Source: Parasitella parasitica NRRL 2501
Lineage: Eukaryota > Fungi > Mucoromycota
Assembly: GCA_025201805.1 (NCBI GenBank)
Contig: MU619316.1
Span: 1-58,681, forward strand
DNA: 58,681 nt
Direction of reading: 5' to 3'
Position numbers and translations under genes: made by a program. Under the pieces are notes generated by a model. The model was given only the letters and a program-made list of their open reading frames with translations. It searched no databases and was not told the DNA's origin. How positions within the stretch are numbered: position 1 is the first letter of the stretch; each line of letters opens with the position of its first letter. Of the stretch, positions 11,595 to 24,189 are shown piece after piece.

Positions 11595-14240
11595 TTAGGC
11601 TTCAACTTTGAAAGTCTTCAACTTCCAAATCTTCTCAGCGTAAGTACGAACAGCTCTGTCAGAAGAGAAGAAACCCATACCAGCAGTACACATGATAGAC
11701 TTCTTATTCCAAGCAGCTCTATCTCTAAAGGTATCATCTACCACAGTATGCTCTTGAAGATAAGACTTGAAGTCAGTAGAAATAAGATAATAATCACCGC
11801 CATAGGTCAAAGTATTGATGAGGGGGCCAAAGACTGACGAATCACCAAATTCGCCACCTTGAATAGCATCAATGACAACTTGGAGGCTAGAATCAATAAA
11901 TAGACCGTGGTATTTCTGACTATGACGAATGTCATCAACTGCATCAGCAAGAACACCAAACATAAAGATGTTCTCCTTGCCAATCTGCTCACAAATTTCA
12001 ATATTAGCACCATCGACTGTACCCAAAATCAAACCACCGTTAAGAACAAACTTCATGTTGGAAGTTCCAGAAGCTTCAGTGCCAGCAGTAGAAATGTGTT
12101 GAGAAATATCAGAGGCAGGAACAATAATTTCAGCAAGAGAGACATTGTAATCAGGAATAAAGACAACATTGAGCATATCCTTAATACTAGCGTCGTTGTT
12201 GATAACCTCAGCGGCACTGTTGATCAACTTGATGACAAGCTTGGCGATATAATAACCAGGAGCAGCCTTACCACCGAATATAACAACACGCGGAACTTGT
12301 TGTTCAATATCTTCAGGGGACATACTCTTGAGGCGTTTGTAACGGTAAATAACGCTTAAAATGTTCATGAATTGACGCTTGTACTCGTGAATACGCTTGA
12401 CTTGAATGTCAAACAGAGCATGAGGGTTGACAGTGATATTCAAGTTGGTCTTAATCCAGTCGGCCAAGCGCTTCTTATTTTGGAACTTGACATCAGCCCA
12501 AGCATCTTGGAAAGTCGCATCTTCAGCATATTTTTTCAATCCTTGGAGAAGATCCAAGTTTGTAGCCCAATCCTCAGAACCGAGAGTTTTGGTAATCAAA
12601 TCACGGAGCCCAGGATTAGATTGATACAGCCAGCGACGGGGTGTAATACCATTAGTAATGTTAATGAACTTTTCAGGGCCATAGTACTTGACAAAATCAT
12701 TGAAGAGGTTCTTTCTAATCAAATCAGAATGAAGAGCAGCAACGCCGTTCACTGTGTGAGAGCCAACAACCGCCAAATAAGCCATACGAACTTGTTGAGG
12801 AGAAGTTTCTTCAATGATAGAAATACGCTTCAACAATTCACGATCAGGAGAAAAATCTTTCTCTACCTTTTGTAAGAAGAAGAGATTGATATCATAGATA
12901 ATTTGCATGTGACGAGGCAAAATCTTCTCCATCATAGGAACTGACCAACATTCAAGAGCTTCGGGCAAGACAGTGTGATTGGTGAAAGCAAACGTGCGAG
13001 TGACAATATCCCAGGCATCATCCCATTCCAAACCTTCAACATCAATCAAAATACGTTGCAATTCCGGGACAGCCAATGTAGGATGAGTGTCATTCATTTG
13101 AACAGCAACCTTATCAGGGAAATCCTTCCAGGGGCACTTGGCTCGCTTGAAACGGTGGATAATATCTTGAAGAGAAGCGCTAACAAAGAAATACTCTTGC
13201 TTCAATCTGAGTTCCTTACCTACCAGATGGTTATCATTAGGATAGAGCACAGAGGTCAAATTTTGAGCATTGGTTTGCTCAGAAACAGATCTTTCGTAAT
13301 CACCAGCATTGAAAGAATCAAAATCAAATGTATTGAGGGGCTTGGAAGACCACAGACGGATGTTACCACAGCCTTTGGTATCGAAACCGGGGATAGGGAC
13401 GTCGTAAGCCATAGCTTGTACCTTATCTCCACCCTCCCAGGTCATACGAGACTCACCCTTTTCATTTACCTTGGTTGCAACATAACCATGGAAACGAACT
13501 TCATAGCGAATGTCAGTACGAGGGAACTCCCATGGGTTATCAAAGTTGAGCCAGTAATCGGGCATTTCATTTTGATAGCCATCCTTGATAATTTGCTTGA
13601 AAATACCGTATTGATAACGAAGGCCATAACCCCAAGTAGGATAATCCAGAGTAGCAGTGGAATCCATGTAGCAGGCAGCAAGACGACCAAGGCCGCCGTT
13701 ACCAAGAGCAGCATCCTTTTCTTCGACGAGGAGGTCTTCAAGATTGAAGCCGAGGTTATTCACACTTTCCTTGTAATTCTTCTTCACCTTGAGACAGTTC
13801 AAAGCATTATCAAGAGCACGGCCAATCAAAAATTCCATAGACATGTAGTAGCAACGCTTAGGATTTTCCTTATGTAAAGCTTCTTGGGTGCAGTTCCAAT
13901 CCTCCAAAAGACGATCGCGAACAGAGTGGGCAGTAGCTTGATACATGGCTAGCTTGTCAATGTTGTAAACGCCGCGACAGAGAGTGGTGATGGTATGGTG
14001 AACGATATCTTGTTCAATGGAGTCGGTATCGTTTCTTTCAGGCAGCGCATGCTTCTTCCAATTGCTCTTGGCATTTTCGCTCAGCTCTTCGCGCGTGGAA
14101 GGACGAGATGGGACGCTTGTAGGTGTCACAGACTCAACGTTATCATCGTTGTCAACATGAATGACAACGTTGGTTAAACGACGAGTCAACTTGGGCATTG
14201 ACAAGCGACGTGGTCTAGATGATGTGGGTGTTGTACTCAT
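11595..14240 (-). CDS. GPH1: Glycogen phosphorylase (881 aa, intronless)
   Basis: LGNGGLGRLAAC, YGLRYQYG, NDTHP, QVKRIHEYKRQ and the PLP-lysine motif EASGTSNMKF. N-terminal LTRRLT regulatory phosphosite as in yeast Gph1. Confidence 0.98.
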   Translation of the reverse strand: MSTTPTSSRPRRLSMPKLTRRLTNVVIHVDNDDNVESVTPTSVPSRPSTREELSENAKSNWKKHALPERNDTDSIEQDIVHHTITTLCRGVYNIDKLAMYQATAHSVRDRLLEDWNCTQEALHKENPKRCYYMSMEFLIGRALDNALNCLKVKKNYKESVNNLGFNLEDLLVEEKDAALGNGGLGRLAACYMDSTATLDYPTWGYGLRYQYGIFKQIIKDGYQNEMPDYWLNFDNPWEFPRTDIRYEVRFHGYVATKVNEKGESRMTWEGGDKVQAMAYDVPIPGFDTKGCGNIRLWSSKPLNTFDFDSFNAGDYERSVSEQTNAQNLTSVLYPNDNHLVGKELRLKQEYFFVSASLQDIIHRFKRAKCPWKDFPDKVAVQMNDTHPTLAVPELQRILIDVEGLEWDDAWDIVTRTFAFTNHTVLPEALECWSVPMMEKILPRHMQIIYDINLFFLQKVEKDFSPDRELLKRISIIEETSPQQVRMAYLAVVGSHTVNGVAALHSDLIRKNLFNDFVKYYGPEKFINITNGITPRRWLYQSNPGLRDLITKTLGSEDWATNLDLLQGLKKYAEDATFQDAWADVKFQNKKRLADWIKTNLNITVNPHALFDIQVKRIHEYKRQFMNILSVIYRYKRLKSMSPEDIEQQVPRVVIFGGKAAPGYYIAKLVIKLINSAAEVINNDASIKDMLNVVFIPDYNVSLAEIIVPASDISQHISTAGTEASGTSNMKFVLNGGLILGTVDGANIEICEQIGKENIFMFGVLADAVDDIRHSQKYHGLFIDSSLQVVIDAIQGGEFGDSSVFGPLINTLTYGGDYYLISTDFKSYLQEHTVVDDTFRDRAAWNKKSIMCTAGMGFFSSDRAVRTYAEKIWKLKTFKVEA

Positions 14241-16232
14241 TTGTTTGTATGTGTGTATGAAATAGAAAAAAATAGAAAAAGAAAAGAAGAACAGTTGTAA
14301 AGTGGAATGGTGGAACGAGCCTTTTATTTTTTGGGTGTGGAATTGATTTTGCTTCTGTTTTTCCTTTTACCAAGGCAGTTTGTCTCACTGATCTCGTATG
14401 GTTGAATCTCAGTTGTGCTTAAACCCTCGGCTGTTTGGCTTCCAAAGCACTTTTCTGATAATATTTTGAGAATATGAAGTGCTTCCCACACAATAAATGT
14501 AATTGTTCACACACAGGAAGAAGTAATGTAAACAAAAGAAAAACTTGGCTTAATAAAATCATGCAAAAAAGTTTGTGTTTCCATACATCTGATTAAAAAA
14601 CGGGCATAAGGTTGTAACTGAGAGAGAGGGGCTCCGTTTCAATTAAGCTATTTTGAGCCAAAGGCGCGTAAAAAAAGACTGAATACCGTGCAATACACGG
14701 AATGTATGGCCTATAAAACATTTTTGCTATTACATATTATTGACATCTATAATGTCAATTGACCGCAATGCAAAAAAGAAAAGGCATTTGGGTAAGTATA
14801 AGACTGCCCTGATAGGACAGAAAATTATTTCCATCACAAACATTTCACTGTTGTTCAAATTTCTGTATTATTTTGTTATTTTGTACACAAGTATAAATAT
14901 GAAATTGGCCCTTCACAGTAAAAAAAAAAAAATTATTACACAAGTTGGCACGAATTGGATATATACCCAGATCAGCAGTTACTAATAAGTGGTTTCTTTT
15001 GTTTGCAGTTTTGATATTCTTTAATGGGGAATTTTTCCCGCCCCTAGCACAACAGGCAGTAAAACGAAAAATTAAATTGCCTGATATATAAAATATCTAT
15101 TGATTTTTGCATTGAAACAAGCAAATGGTATATACATGTGTCATCATCAAAACCTAAATCAACGTAATTAGCAATATAAAAAGTTAAGATATGAATGACT
15201 AACGATAATGGCAGATCCATCATCGAACACGCTTGTAAACTCCGGCTGAGCCCTCATCAGTTTGACCAAATTTTAGAGTCTCATATTCGTAATAGCTTTT
15301 AACAGTAATACAATAGCGGCTAATCTTGTAAACCCGGTATCATTAAACAAACACACCACTAATAATACTTTATCCTCTGAATTCAGGAGATCTACGAGAT
15401 GACCGCAACGACTGATGGTAAATCTCCCGAAATGTGTATATTTGTTCTTTCTTCAACGAATATAAAATGGAAAAAAAGACTGTGGCATCTTGAATTACGC
15501 AAATCAGGTCAGAAGACGTTAGATTTACGGGATGTTCCTATCAAGATCTTGATCAATTCCCATTATTAACGACACGAATATGAATCATTATTTTTATTTA
15601 TTTTTATTCAGTAAGAGATAAATGAGTATCACACAGATCACTCATAGAGTTTTTTCCCTTATTCCTATTCCATTTTTGATCAAAAGAGTAAATAAAGAAT
15701 CGGAGAGAATGGCCATCATTCCTTACCATGTTTCACACTGTCTTAAACAGGCGACCCGCTCTTTTCTTTAGAACAAGTTTCTGATCTGGGCGGAAGGAAA
15801 ACAACAATTTTAGAATGCTTTTTAGGCTTCAATCCATGAATATATCATATTAAAAAAATAGGTTATAACTCCCTTGAAGTAAGAGCCATTTATATTACAA
15901 ACTATCCGTATTGAAACAGACGAAAAATATCGGTAGACGTGTTCGCTACGAGTGTCAATGCTATTTTTCTCGATGTTCGAAACTTGGTTGTCGCGCTGCT
16001 AACATTGAAATCACAGCTGCTGTGCTCTTTCGAGCCGATTATATATATTCTAAAACAATCGAATGTTCTATAGAGTACCACAATCCTGGTATTTTTATAG
16101 CTGTAACCATGCTGTCCTGAATATTTCATCGTCAATATGTCAAATCCATAATCAGCAATTAGGTATTTGAAAGTCAGGGAGGTTGTTCATTTATTAAATC
16201 TTCTACTATATTTACATGCGTTTTTGCTAAAA

Positions 16233-17099
16233 TTATTTACTCTTCTGCTGGTTGTAGCTTTTTCTATTACTATTGCTCACAATTTTCCTTTTGAATTCTT
16301 CAATGCGATCATCTGCTTCCTTCTGAACACGTCTCGCCCATTCGCCATCCAGTCTGTTAGGGTCACTAATCATTCGTTCAACAATTTCGTCAAACCTGCT
16401 TCGATATTTCATCTTTAATGCTTCAAAGTTCTTTTGGTAATCTTCCAGCATGCGTGCTTTTTGATCTTCGAACTGATCAATACAGCTCGAAATATGATGA
16501 TTGTAATGGTCTTGTTCTATCTGTCGCTTAAAAAGATCCATGGAATGAGGATAGCGAGATAATAACAGGGGAATTGTATTTTCATTATCTCCTTTTATTA
16601 ACTGATCGTCCTTCTCTTTCAGTGCTCTCTCTAACCGCCTCAAGCGGATTGTTTGTGCGTCCACTTGACTTTTAATTGCACTGATCAACTCTTCATTAGA
16701 TTCAATTGACGTTGACGAACTTTCAACCACGTCAATGAATGTAGATTTCAGTTTACTAAATGTGGCATCAGCATCTTCCTTTGGTATTGCCAGCTCTGTT
16801 AATAGCGAGTGTTTTGGTACTGAGGATGTTGACTTTCTATATAGACTACTTTGTGCTTTTTTCCGCTGTGTATTTGTACTTTCGCTTTTACTCGGCCTAG
16901 CAGTGATGCTTAATTTTTTCAACGAAGCCTGATACTGAAGCGCCCTGCTTCGGCTATTTGGTATGTTGTCTTCGCTGAGCTGGCCATTACTATTACTAAT
17001 CAATGAATACGAATCCGCTGTGGAGTTTGAGACATTGCTGCTTTGACTAGATGTTAGTAATAGCGGTCTCTTTATGATGTTCTTCTTTGGTTCGGACAT
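16233..17099 (-). CDS. Hypothetical protein, Ser/Thr-rich N-terminus and C-terminal coiled coil
   Basis: Single open frame from the ATG at 17099 (MSEPKK..), about 288 aa, preceded by a T-rich leader. No recognisable family. Confidence 0.7.
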   Translation of the reverse strand: MSEPKKNIIKRPLLLTSSQSSNVSNSTADSYSLISNSNGQLSEDNIPNSRSRALQYQASLKKLSITARPSKSESTNTQRKKAQSSLYRKSTSSVPKHSLLTELAIPKEDADATFSKLKSTFIDVVESSSTSIESNEELISAIKSQVDAQTIRLRRLERALKEKDDQLIKGDNENTIPLLLSRYPHSMDLFKRQIEQDHYNHHISSCIDQFEDQKARMLEDYQKNFEALKMKYRSRFDEIVERMISDPNRLDGEWARRVQKEADDRIEEFKRKIVSNSNRKSYNQQKSK

Positions 17100-17293
17100 T
17101 GCAAGAAACAATATAAAGAGGAAAAGAAAGAAAAAGAAAAAAAAAAAAAAAAGAAATGAAAAAGAAAAAGAAAAAGACTACATAAAATATATGATTTTGA
17201 GTTCCTTGCACGTGGTAAATCTTTATTGTTTAAAGTCGTTTGTAACCTTGGTTACCATTTTTCTTTGTTCTTCATCCACAATAAAATGCTTGT

Positions 17294-18592
17294 CTAATCT
17301 TTGTCAATGTCTAATTTCAATATGATTTTTTCTGACTGATCTGACATGACGTGTGAGTGTTTCGATAAAATCGCTGCCCAAATGTGCTCCACATCTTCCT
17401 GAGGCACGGTTTTTCCAAAAACAATATCATGAGGTATCTTGCCTGTCTCGGGATTTGTAGTGGTATTCAGATGACAGCAAAATTCAGACAAATAATTAGG
17501 CAAATTATCGAGATTCGTGCGGTTTTCATTTTGAAGCCATTGTATCAATTGCAGTACAAATGCTGAATTTTGGCTAGCTGTGTCATAGTTTTCGATTTTC
17601 GAATGAATCAGCCTCATATTAGGCCATTTCTCGACCACTGAATTCTATACAAGCCATTTTTTAGACACTATTTAGAATTCCCAAGCATTACACTTTACTA
17701 TAATGTCTTGCGTGAATCGGCAAGTATTGCTTAGTATCGATGGTGTCCCGAATTCGCAGAATAGTCTATGTAATGCTGGCATCACTGACTCGGCATTTTT
17801 GTTCTCTAGAACATAAGCCCATTGAAAATGTGAATAGATATCTTTGACATGTAGGATATACGGTTTTCCCGATCCGACATGTTGGCTGTTATCAACCATG
17901 GTCATCTAATAATTTGTTTCCGTTTAAAGATGTTAAATCCAAATACTTGGTTCCTACCTTTAACATTGTCATAAATCGAGACGTTGCGATCGGCTTCTCG
18001 ACTCTGTAATCTGTGCTTTCTTTAGCTTTTCGTTTAATCGTACAGTGAGTGCATTTTTTGACGAGCATATCGCATAGTTCTTTGGGAACGTAAGATCTAG
18101 ATTTTTTTACCTGCAATTTATTTATATATCTTCAATACATGAGCGCTAGATATGCATATATTGCTACATACCCAGTCGTAAGTAGGGTCCCGTCCTCTGT
18201 GGTTGGAATTGATGTGTGCCTCTGTGATAACATCAAACAGCTCTTCCTTGGGACAAACTGGTTTTCCAATAGTGTCATGCTCTTCTCTAGCACATAATAC
18301 CCAATCACCACGATGCTCCTTCCGCGGCAAGAATCTTTTTCTTGCCCAAAATCTAAAGCTAGGTGTACGGACCTGGCTGTTTTTTTCCTATAAATGGGGT
18401 AATTAAAAACCATCGACATGCCCAGCTTCTTGTTACCTTAAGCACTGATAGTGCATCTTGGACTGTTTCTGCAGTAATTAAAGCCTTTGCTTGAAACTTG
18501 GGCGTCTTTCTTTGGATAAATGTCTCGACCATTTCTTCAAATTCCTCTCGTGTAATCCAGTCAATAACTTTATTATTACGATGCATTAACAT
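17294..18592 (-). CDS. Integrase-derived protein (HHCC zinc finger + rve-like core; Ginger2/KRBA2/SCAND3-like); 5 exons, about 360 aa
   Basis: Exons 18592-18437, 18387-18172, 18110-17958, 17905-17699 and 17644-17294 joined by four phase-0 GT-AG introns. Motifs EAHINSNHRGRD..CTHC, YILHVKDIYSHFQWAYVL, LFCEFGTPSIL, WPNMRLIH, LNTT..TGKIPHDIVFG. Confidence 0.8.
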
Positions 18593-18673
18593 TGCATAAA
18601 GAAGAAAAAAAAAATAGATACTCGCTAAGGAAGAGAATAGAAATGGATAAAGAGTTATCTATAAAGGCAAAAC

Positions 18674-18675
<2 letters not shown>

Positions 18676-18704
<29 letters not shown>
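18676..18704. repeat. (AT)n microsatellite
   Basis: About 14 AT units upstream of the integrase-like gene. Confidence 0.95.
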
Positions 18705-18708
<4 letters not shown>

Positions 18709-19999
18709 GGAAACGGGTGGATTTAAAGTCAAGCGGTCTTTATCAGTGTTCAAAATCCAACTATTCACCTAATTCTCTATTCGGCATAGATCGACGCAAG
18801 GTTGCCCCAATTTGCTTCTTGAATGTGTAAGAAAAGGGGCGTAGAAAGAAGTTGTAATGAAATCTGTATTTGGCGTTATATAAGCCCTGACGGAAGAGAT
18901 AATGGATCAGGCCCTGAAGGCGGATCTTTGGCTTTTTCAAAATTAAGATTATGTCCACTTCCTACATTAGCAACTGTCAAACAAAGGTGTAAAGATGTAA
19001 TATGAACTACGCCTTTTTGGGCTTTCATTTACAAGTTCAATTCAGTGATCTACACAAAAACCTTGCTGTCATTATGTACTGAAAGCTGGTCTTATGAATA
19101 AGGGTATCTCCAGCAACTTATATTGTAAGGATTCAAACATCAATTCAATATCGTTTTAGTGATAGATTTCGCTTTAATATCAAACAATGTTTCTAAAAAT
19201 GGTATTATCTTATGCTCGTTTGTCCGGCATATACGTGCATATCAACAAAACTGTTATAAATCGTAGATTTGTTGTGCAGGCTTGAGTTCAAGATCTAATG
19301 TTCCACTAACACGGCATAAAATCCAGCTCTTTTAGAGCTCGTTCGCGATCTTACTGGTGAGTTGGAGGCACTCTTGTTGGTGCCAAACTATTTCTTTAGT
19401 TTGGGAAATGAATAGAACTCAATATTTACAAATTTTATGGATTGATGATTTTCAGGTCATCCCGGCCCTATGATGCTAAGCAAAAAATCGCAATTTGGAT
19501 AAAATTCAACTTTACGCCTGAAAAACAAGACTTTTACTGGAGCGTTTATAATCATTAATCAAGTAAAAATAGTTACTTTTTGGCCTGAAATGGTTTATTT
19601 TGAAATTTAATATCATGTTTTTTGACTTTTCCTCAAAAATCTGTTTTTCCTATTATGAGAAATTGTGAAGTATTTTGCTAAAAAAAATAGAAACTAAAAA
19701 ACACGAGTTTATAGAGTGTGCATTATAGTATAATTTCTGATTAATGAACTACTTGCCTTAATTAAAAGATCTTTAGAATAAAAAATCTTTTTATCTTTAA
19801 AACAAGTCAGAACCAGTTTTTTCGAGCTAGTTTTGAGCATTTAGATAATAGTTTTATAAACTCCGCGCTCATCACCACAACAACAGGTTACAGTGTTCAA
19901 AGTAATTAAAATTAGCTTCAACTTGATATTGAATGATATTTTTATAATAACAAACGAAAAGGCATAGAAAGCAGAGTTTAAAACAAACACAAAAGGCAT

Positions 20000-21832
20000 C
20001 TATTTAGCTTGCAACATACTAATCAAAGATGCTTGAGATCTCATGATTTCCAGAGCCTGCTTAACTTCCAAATGACGACGAGCAGCATCAAGCCAGTCCA
20101 TAGATAAACGCTTGGGCCAGCCTGTCAATTGATTAATCTCCCTAGCAGCACTTTCTAAATCCTTTTCTGTAATGAGATAATATTCAGCGCGAGCCAATCT
20201 TGATTCAACATCATCGCCAACAACAAGACCCTTCTTAGCGAACATAAAACTACTCAGCACAATGGAAATAAGATGAGAGACCATGGAGGCATCTTGTTCA
20301 GGTATCAGCGAAGCGCGACGCACTTCACGAGCAACAGTTTCAAAACGCTCAGACAAAGACGCAAGAGAAGTGATTCCATGCTGGGCAACATGGTCTTGAA
20401 TGCTGGATGTCACTAATTGGATCAATTCGTCGCTCTGACGCTCGCCAACTTTGGCAAAGGGAGTCTTTGCACTTAGGCGCTTTAACGTCTCCAACTCCAA
20501 CGTAAATTGAGTCTTTTCTCCTGAGGTGGCAGCGCGCTTCAGTGCATCCAGGGCAGCAACTAATTGGTGTGCTTTGCGAACATCGTCCAAAAGCTCGGCA
20601 TCGGCAGAAGCCAATTTCTCGAATTCGACTTGTTTAGCAGAAACAGCCTCAATATTGGATAGACGACCACCACGCTCACCCTCCACTTGACGTTGGACTT
20701 GCGCAACGTATTCCTTTTGAATTTCAACAGCCTTTTCTGCCAACTCTTTTTTCAGTTGCTCGAGCTGATGCTGGCGTTGAGAAGCCAATTCTTTGGTGTG
20801 GATTGCGTGTAGTTGTCTCTCTAATTCAGCCTTGTCAGACGCAATATCAGCTTCAACTTGTTTGACCTGGTTCGTAACACGAGCAGACGCCTTGGTCTCG
20901 GCATCCTTGATCTTTTGATCTACTTTTTGGTGGTGTGCTTCAATGCGTTGTGTGGCTGTCACCAACGCCTTTTCTAATGTTCTGATTTCATCGTGTGCCT
21001 TCTGCTCTTCTCCCTTGATCAATGTAAAAGCTTTGTCGAGACTCTCCAAATCACGAGTGGCGAAATCGACAAGACGCTTAGCATGACCTGACATACCTGC
21101 TTCGTTCAGCATGGCAACTAATCCTCGAACTGTTGTTGCCAAGTCATTGACAATCTCTTCGTTGGCCTTGGCGAATTTGGGGAGAGGTTGAGGCTCATTA
21201 GTGTGAATTACATTTGCAAACAGCGAATCCTTCTTGGTGGCTTTTCTGATGCGGAAACGCTTATCGTTAGATGGTGTAGGCCCAGTTCCAGGAACGATAG
21301 GCGCTTCTTGGTCGCCTCTGATTTGAGCAATGGCATCAGACACATATTCGTACCAATCCTGTGCTGATTCTTTAGTGCTGACAGCATAGGTTTTGAGAGT
21401 TTCAGCCGTAGACGATGTCTGCTGTTGCAATTGCTTAGCATGACTGTAGAACTGCTGAATGCGATCATCAGCAGCCCACTCCTCCAACACGTCGAGTAGT
21501 TGTTCACCGCCGGGCACATAGGTGGTGAAAGTGTCGTAGAAAGCTTCGTTTTTGAGTGCAAAGTAGGTAGCGCCTGAATATGCTGTGCCGGTCAAAAGCG
21601 TTGCCCACAAGAGCTTTTTTCCAATTGATCCTGATTTCTTTTCCTCGACAGCGGTGGTGCTAGTGAAAAGTCGCTTGGGCTATTTATGTTGAAAGAGTTG
21701 GGTTAATAAATGCTGTAATGACACATCTAATGGCCGTTTTTTGAAGCAAAATGATCTTACAGTACACAGACGACTGGACTTTCCAGCTGCTAACCGAGCC
21801 GTATTTCGAACAACAGAAGCTCCTCTCAACAT
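20000..21832 (-). CDS. MIC60: MICOS subunit Mic60 (mitofilin); 2 exons
   Basis: Presequence MLRGASVVRNTARL, intron about 21680-21760, one TM segment, coiled coil, and a C-terminal mitofilin domain (GDDVESRLARAEYYL..DLESAAREINQLTGWPKRLSMDWLDAARRHLEVKQAL). Confidence 0.93.
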
Positions 21833-22418
21833 GGGGTTAATAAATATAAAGTGGTTGTATGTACACAAAAGACAGGTGGCAGATCTTTGCCTTGCCCATC
21901 TTTCACCAGGGCAGCCCAAGAACTCAGCTTGTGTGGGGAGAGCATCTAGAACGTCTACGTCACGTTGTTGTAGAGCATCCAAGACCATCATTGTCCATTT
22001 GAGAAGGATTATATTCTTGTTGGAATAGCTCACACATATACCTGATATACATTAAGCATTAGGCTCCACTTTTAATGGGTAAATGATGTGTCTACATAAT
22101 AAAAGATTCCTGAGGCAATTCTCGTTCAAACCAGGAGCAATGTCATAATTGCGTGCTGCTCAGGGAATAATACCCCCCAAACAAATATGTTGTCTTTTCG
22201 ATGAAAAGGCAATTTCAGGTCTCTAAATTGATCAAATGCGATTGCTGGCCTTCTTCATGCAACTGATTGAAAATGAATAATATCGTCTACAAACCCTTCA
22301 CATGGTGGCATACACTCAACTGTGTGTGTCGCACGGGCTTTCAATCAAATGGAAACCACGCCATGCATTGTTAGCCTTTTCCTCTTGTCCTTCACATACA
22401 TCCAACTCTTGAGCAGGA

Positions 22419-24189
22419 ATGCTATTACGAACACAAAGAAGCACACTCATTACCGGCGCAAAGCAAGCCAGCCGTCGCTTTTTCTCCAACAAACAAGGAT
22501 TCGACAGCCTTGTATTGGGCGCATATACCTCTTCAGAGAAACCTATACTGACTACTCAGCTAGTCTCCAGCAAAACTAGAGACCTGCTTCAAAGCCAATT
22601 AGCTCTCGGCCAATTCAAAGAAGCAGGCGATATTCGTCTATTTTACAATGTTGGTGGTATCAAGCAACTAGCGATCGTTTCTCTAGGAGAGAAAGCCAAC
22701 AAGAACCCACACAAAGAACGAGAAAGTGTTCGTATGGCGGTAAAGTATATCGTAACCTGCAAATAGTCAAATGTTGGGGGGGGGGTCTCATTACTAGTTT
22801 TATTTAGACAGCTATTGGTATTCAAGCTCTGCACAAGCAGGGCGCTGCCCTCACTGGTGTTGATGTTTCGGTCGACATCCAAGGAGCTGCCGAGGGGGCC
22901 GTTTTGGCTCAATTTTCATTTGACAAACTGAAACAAAAGAAGAAGGATGCCGTTGATAGACAAGTTGGTCCCTATCATTCTGATGATAGTGTCCAAAAAG
23001 CATGGGAAATCGGGCGACTTTACGGTGCTTCGCAGAATGTTGCGCGCATGCTGATGACAACTCCTGCCAATCTAATGACACCAAAGTTGTTTACAGAAGA
23101 GGTAGCGTATTTATTGGCCGGTCTGGAAAACGTTGATATCTTAGTTCGTGATGAAGAATGGGCCGCTCGCAAAAACATGAATGCATTTTTATCAGTAGCA
23201 AAGGGCAGGTAAAATGTCAACGATTTGAACAACAGGTCAAAAAAGCAATTTTATATTGAAATGCAAGTATAGCACGGAGCCTTTGCGTTTCCTCGAGATT
23301 CATTATAAGGGAGCCAAGGATAAGGATGAGAAGCCATATGGCCTTGTAGGAAAAGGTATTACGTTTGATTCTGGAGGAATCTCACTCAAACCATCTGCAA
23401 ATATGGCATTAATGAAAGGCGATATGGGAGGAGCTGCCACAGTTGCTGGCGCACTTTATGGTGTTTGTAAAATGCAGCTGCCTGTCAATATTGTAGCCAT
23501 GATTCCACTGTGCGAGAATATGCCATCTGGAAAAGCTACAAAGCCAGGTGATGTCGTTAAAGCTATGAATGGCAAATCTATCGAAGTCCTGAATACAGAC
23601 GCAGAGGGAAGAATGATTCTGGTAAGACATTGTAGAAATAGACTATCACCATGCTTGATAAGAGCACAACTCTTAATTTCTCTTGTAAATTGTAGGCTGA
23701 TGCACTTTCTTATATTTCTACCATGAAACCACAGCATATTATCGATGTAGCTACCCTCACGGGCGCCATGGATGTGGCGTTGGGTCAGGTATTTGCCGGT
23801 GTGTTTACGAATTCAGATAAACTATGGGATCAATTAGAAAAAGCTGGCGAATCCGTATCGGATTTATTTTGGCGCATGCCTCTTCATGAGAGCTATATTA
23901 GTGAAATGAAACAATCAATAGTAGCAGATCTTGGTAATGTTGGTTTCCGTCGTTCCGGAGGTGCATGTGCTGCTGCAAGCTTTTTACAGGAGTTTGTTGA
24001 CAAGGATATCCCCTGGGCTCATATTGACATTGCAGGTGTTATGGATTGCTCTTCCACTAGAGGCTATCAAATTAAAGGACTGACTGGTGAGTGGACCTGT
24101 TGATTATAGTATTCATACAAGCTAAACGAGTTGCTCTAGGGCGCCCAACTAGGGCATTGATTGAACTTTTACGAAATAACTCCCATTAA
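22419..24189 (+). CDS. M17 leucine aminopeptidase, probably mitochondrial; 5 exons
   Basis: [43 protein letters not shown] and terminal GRPTRALIE. Arg-rich presequence. Confidence 0.95.

Noticed and set aside
11807-14177. Long + strand ORFs (e.g. 12975..13877, 300 aa) and alternate-frame ORFs overlapping GPH1
   Set aside because: Shadow ORFs of a codon-biased gene, with no recognisable motifs.
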